Part shown: piece after piece, positions 29,321 through 32,000 of the stretch
Numbering within the stretch: position 1 is the stretch's first letter
Layout: every line of letters starts with the position of its first letter
Origin: Candidatus Baldrarchaeota archaeon
GTDB taxonomy: Archaea > Asgardarchaeota > Baldrarchaeia > Baldrarchaeales > DXJG01
Assembly (NCBI GenBank): GCA_019056805.1
Contig: DXJG01000007.1
Coordinates: forward strand, 30,001-62,000
DNA: 32,000 nucleotides
Direction of reading: 5' to 3'
The notes under the pieces: generated by a model
The model's database searches: none
What the model saw: only the letters and a program-made list of their open reading frames with translations
What the model was told of the DNA's origin: nothing
Program-made: the position numbers and the translations under genes

Positions 29321-29965
29321 GTGCTACCATTAGAATACATTGTTAAGGTTGTAATTATTACCTCCTCTGGTGCTTTATCTCCTGGTCCCCTTACAGCTTC
29401 AACCATCGCTGCTGGATCTAGTGAAGGTTGGAAAAATGGATTTAAAATTAGTGTGGGACATATGATCGTAGAAATGCCTCTAGTGTTTTTAATAGCTTTT
29501 GGCATCGCAACCCTGCTTGCAACACCTGTTATTGAAAGAGTGATAAGTTTTGCCGGGGGCAGTCTTCTAATATTACTAGGTGCTTTTATGCTGAAAGACG
29601 TATTTAAAAAAGATTTTGGCGACGAAAATGTTTCTAGTAATGCTGTGCGTTCTCCCCTTATGATTGGAATTTTACTTTCTCTTTTTAATCCATATTTTTT
29701 AGTTTGGTGGATACTTGTAGGTGGAGCTCTCGTCATTGAAGCTATACTTCTTGCAGGTCTTATAGGTGTTGGTTTAATGTTTATTGCGCATATTTGGATG
29801 GACTATGCTTGGTTAATGCTATTATCTGAACTTTCTAAGAAGGGAAAACAGATTCTTAAAACAAAGGGATATAAGATATTATTAGCTGGTATTTCGCTTG
29901 CTTTGATATTTTTTGGAATAGATTTTATCTCTTTATCAATATTTGGTTCAGGCATCCTTCTATAG
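29321..29965 (+). CDS. LysE/RhtB family translocator
   Basis: SGALSPGPLTASTI, GFKISVGHMIVE, GILLSLFNPYFLVWW and HIWMDYAW motifs. Confidence 0.9.
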   Translation: MLPLEYIVKVVIITSSGALSPGPLTASTIAAGSSEGWKNGFKISVGHMIVEMPLVFLIAFGIATLLATPVIERVISFAGGSLLILLGAFMLKDVFKKDFGDENVSSNAVRSPLMIGILLSLFNPYFLVWWILVGGALVIEAILLAGLIGVGLMFIAHIWMDYAWLMLLSELSKKGKQILKTKGYKILLAGISLALIFFGIDFISLSIFGSGILL

Positions 29966-30051
29966 AAACTTTTACAACTCATTAAATTAGTAAAATACAT
30001 ATGAGAACTAAATTCTCTCCACTTATAGAATAGAGAGGATGTTGAAGTGCA

Positions 30052-30972
30052 ATGTCCAAAATTGAATTTGATCCTCGTTTTTGGCATAATATTCAAGGTC
30101 CCTTCGAAATGGATGTTTCAAGAAGATTTGAATACGATGAGGATTCTTTAGAATTGATTAGACGATGGTTGAGACTTCATGATTCCCAAGTTGAGGTAAT
30201 AGTGGAAGTTGGTTCTGGAAGTGGATATTTTACCGAGAAACTTGTTGAAATGACTCATGGACAAGCAAAAATAGTTTGTGTTGAGCCAGATGATGTACTA
30301 AGACGATATGCTGAAACTAAACTAGCTGGAAAAGCTGAATTTTTAAGTGGTTATGTTGAAGATCTTCCTTTGCCAAGTGATTACGCTGATTTAACAGTTT
30401 GCCACATCCTTCTACATAACCTTCCTGATATTTACAAAGCAGTAAGAGAAATGGTACGCGTAACGAGAAAAGGTGGCATAGTTGCAGCAATAGAACCTGC
30501 TATAGGAAGTTTCCATTATTATCCTGACGAAACGCTTAACAAACTTATTGAAAAAGTTCAAAAAGCTTTTGGCAAGAGTGTTTGGGAATTAAGAACTAAA
30601 TTAATGAAATATCCAAGGGAGAAGCCTTGGATATACAAACCAGCTTATTATGTCAAGGTTTTTCACGAATGCGGGCTTACGGAGATAGAAATTCATGGAA
30701 TCTTGTCTGTGTTCCTTTTAAGCGATCCACGTAGGTCTAGAAATCAGATAATAGAATGGCTCAAAGATAGATTAAAAGTATTAAAGGAAACCGAAAAACA
30801 GGATTATGTTATTTTAAAGCGTGGTGGATTGAGTAAACAAGAGATAACCAGGTATCGTCAAAAATATAGACAGTACTTAGAAAAATTGATAAAGAAACCT
30901 GAACTCATCTCTGAAACTCATGAAATGGAAATAACTTCGAGAATATTAATTTTAGGCCTAAAAAGAGAGTGA
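30052..30972 (+). CDS. class I SAM-dependent methyltransferase
   Basis: VEVGSGSGYF motif I, VCVEPD, GYVEDLPLPSDYADLTVCHILLHNL and EMVRVTRKGG. Confidence 0.88.
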   Translation: MSKIEFDPRFWHNIQGPFEMDVSRRFEYDEDSLELIRRWLRLHDSQVEVIVEVGSGSGYFTEKLVEMTHGQAKIVCVEPDDVLRRYAETKLAGKAEFLSGYVEDLPLPSDYADLTVCHILLHNLPDIYKAVREMVRVTRKGGIVAAIEPAIGSFHYYPDETLNKLIEKVQKAFGKSVWELRTKLMKYPREKPWIYKPAYYVKVFHECGLTEIEIHGILSVFLLSDPRRSRNQIIEWLKDRLKVLKETEKQDYVILKRGGLSKQEITRYRQKYRQYLEKLIKKPELISETHEMEITSRILILGLKRE

Positions 30973-31118
30973 AATCTGTTATTTAAGATGAATAATGTTA
31001 TGTCATTTATGATGTATATTGTAGTAGTATTTGTAGCAACATTTATATTGTAATGATATTATAATATGTTTGTAAAAAGCTTTTTTATAGATTCGGCAAA
31101 ACAACTGGGGTTCTTGGA

Positions 31119-31835
31119 TTGGGTAGGAAAGCTCTCGCAGTATACATTGGAGCATGTATGTCTCGTAACTCTATGCCTAGAATGCGGGGATATATTTTCC
31201 CTGATGGAAAATATGTATTTATACCTCAGGTAAGTAGTAATCAACATGCTCCAGGTCCAACCTATAGAGATCTAGGCCTTGACGAGTATGTACACCCCAG
31301 TTATTATGGATTAAAGGTACATTACGACCCTGAATTTGAAACTTTCACATATGGTGAATACGTAGGGAAAGCAGATCCATGTACTAAGAATTTGTTGCAG
31401 TTAAAACCTGGCGATTATTTGTTTTTTGTTACGTCTCTCCAGTTTAGCCCTGGTTCCTATAGACGCGAGTGGTGGGTTAAGCTAGAATGGGCTTATTACA
31501 TCATTGGTTATTTTGAAATAGAAGAGATATTTAATCACAAGGACCTTAACGTGGCTGCTGTTCAACATAAGTTGCGTAATAATGCTCATATTATTGCAGG
31601 AGACACAAGGCCTGACCTTGTAATATGGAAAGGTAGTGAACGCTCCGCAAAATTAGAATACGCTGTTCCAATAAGTGATAAAAATATTCCAACCTCTCTA
31701 GCTTGTGAAATTTTCAAAGTAGATTTAAGGAAGAGAATAAGGCCTAGATGGTGGCAAACCTATTTAATAAATGAAAATAGACTTGAGAAACTATGGAGAC
31801 TCATTAAATCAATCAATATTATTCACATTTTCTGA
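31119..31835 (+). CDS. Nmad3-like (nucleotide modification associated domain 3) protein
   Basis: RGYIFPDGKYVFIP, PTYRDL, VHYDPEFETFTYGE, LKPGDYLFF, YYIIGYF and NNAH motifs match the recalled Nmad3 pattern. Confidence 0.62.
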   Translation: MGRKALAVYIGACMSRNSMPRMRGYIFPDGKYVFIPQVSSNQHAPGPTYRDLGLDEYVHPSYYGLKVHYDPEFETFTYGEYVGKADPCTKNLLQLKPGDYLFFVTSLQFSPGSYRREWWVKLEWAYYIIGYFEIEEIFNHKDLNVAAVQHKLRNNAHIIAGDTRPDLVIWKGSERSAKLEYAVPISDKNIPTSLACEIFKVDLRKRIRPRWWQTYLINENRLEKLWRLIKSINIIHIF

Positions 31836-31867
31836 TTTTACTATTTTTGTTGTAAAATGTTAATTTA

Positions 31868-32000
31868 TCATGTTATTGCGAGTATATAGATTCCAAGGAT
31901 AATAGTTGCTATACCTATTGTACGTGGTTTATCGAGTTTTTCTTTAAGTATTGCAACTCCGAAAATTGTTGAAAAGAGTGGAGAACTTGAGGTTATTATT
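31868..32000 (-). CDS. second EamA/DMT transporter, C-terminal 43 codons only (5' part outside the window; absent from the ORF track)
   Basis: Manual minus-strand translation gives IITSSSPLFSTIFGVAILKEKLDKPRTIGIATIILGIYILAIT*. This is 31/43 aa identical to the C-terminus of the 27932-28822 protein. Confidence 0.88.
   Translation of the reverse strand, partial: IITSSSPLFSTIFGVAILKEKLDKPRTIGIATIILGIYILAIT

Overview
AT-rich, gene-dense archaeal window, most likely from an Asgard archaeon. This is inferred from a Rag-like GTPase, two longin-like domains, a HTH-V4R regulator and large sequon-rich surface proteins. Housekeeping and metabolic genes are a 5'-truncated gamma-carbonic anhydrase-like protein, Cdc48, ADP-forming acyl-CoA synthetase alpha, GDPD, an Lrp regulator, GTP-PEPCK, a Nudix CoA pyrophosphatase and two ABC systems. 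The right end carries EamA, LysE, a methyltransferase, an Nmad3-like gene and a second EamA paralog that the ORF track missed. The most interesting locus is 20954-27732. There a RagA/Gtr1-like GTPase with a roadblock-like C-terminus lies directly downstream of a co-oriented membrane protein. That protein's N-terminal longin-like domain matches, by eye, the folliculin/SMCR8 motifs, including the 'ARG' arginine finger. Beside them are a coiled-coil/proline-rich/WH2(beta-thymosin)-like protein and a single-pass receptor-like protein with a cytoplasmic longin-like domain. Also notable are a 1.6k-aa FG-GAP/Ig/~7TM surface protein and a tandem pair of perfect 18-bp palindromes between the HTH-V4R regulator and the ABC operon. 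No rRNA, tRNA, CRISPR array or transposase was seen. All family calls come from motif recognition and recalled reference sequences; no database searches were run.
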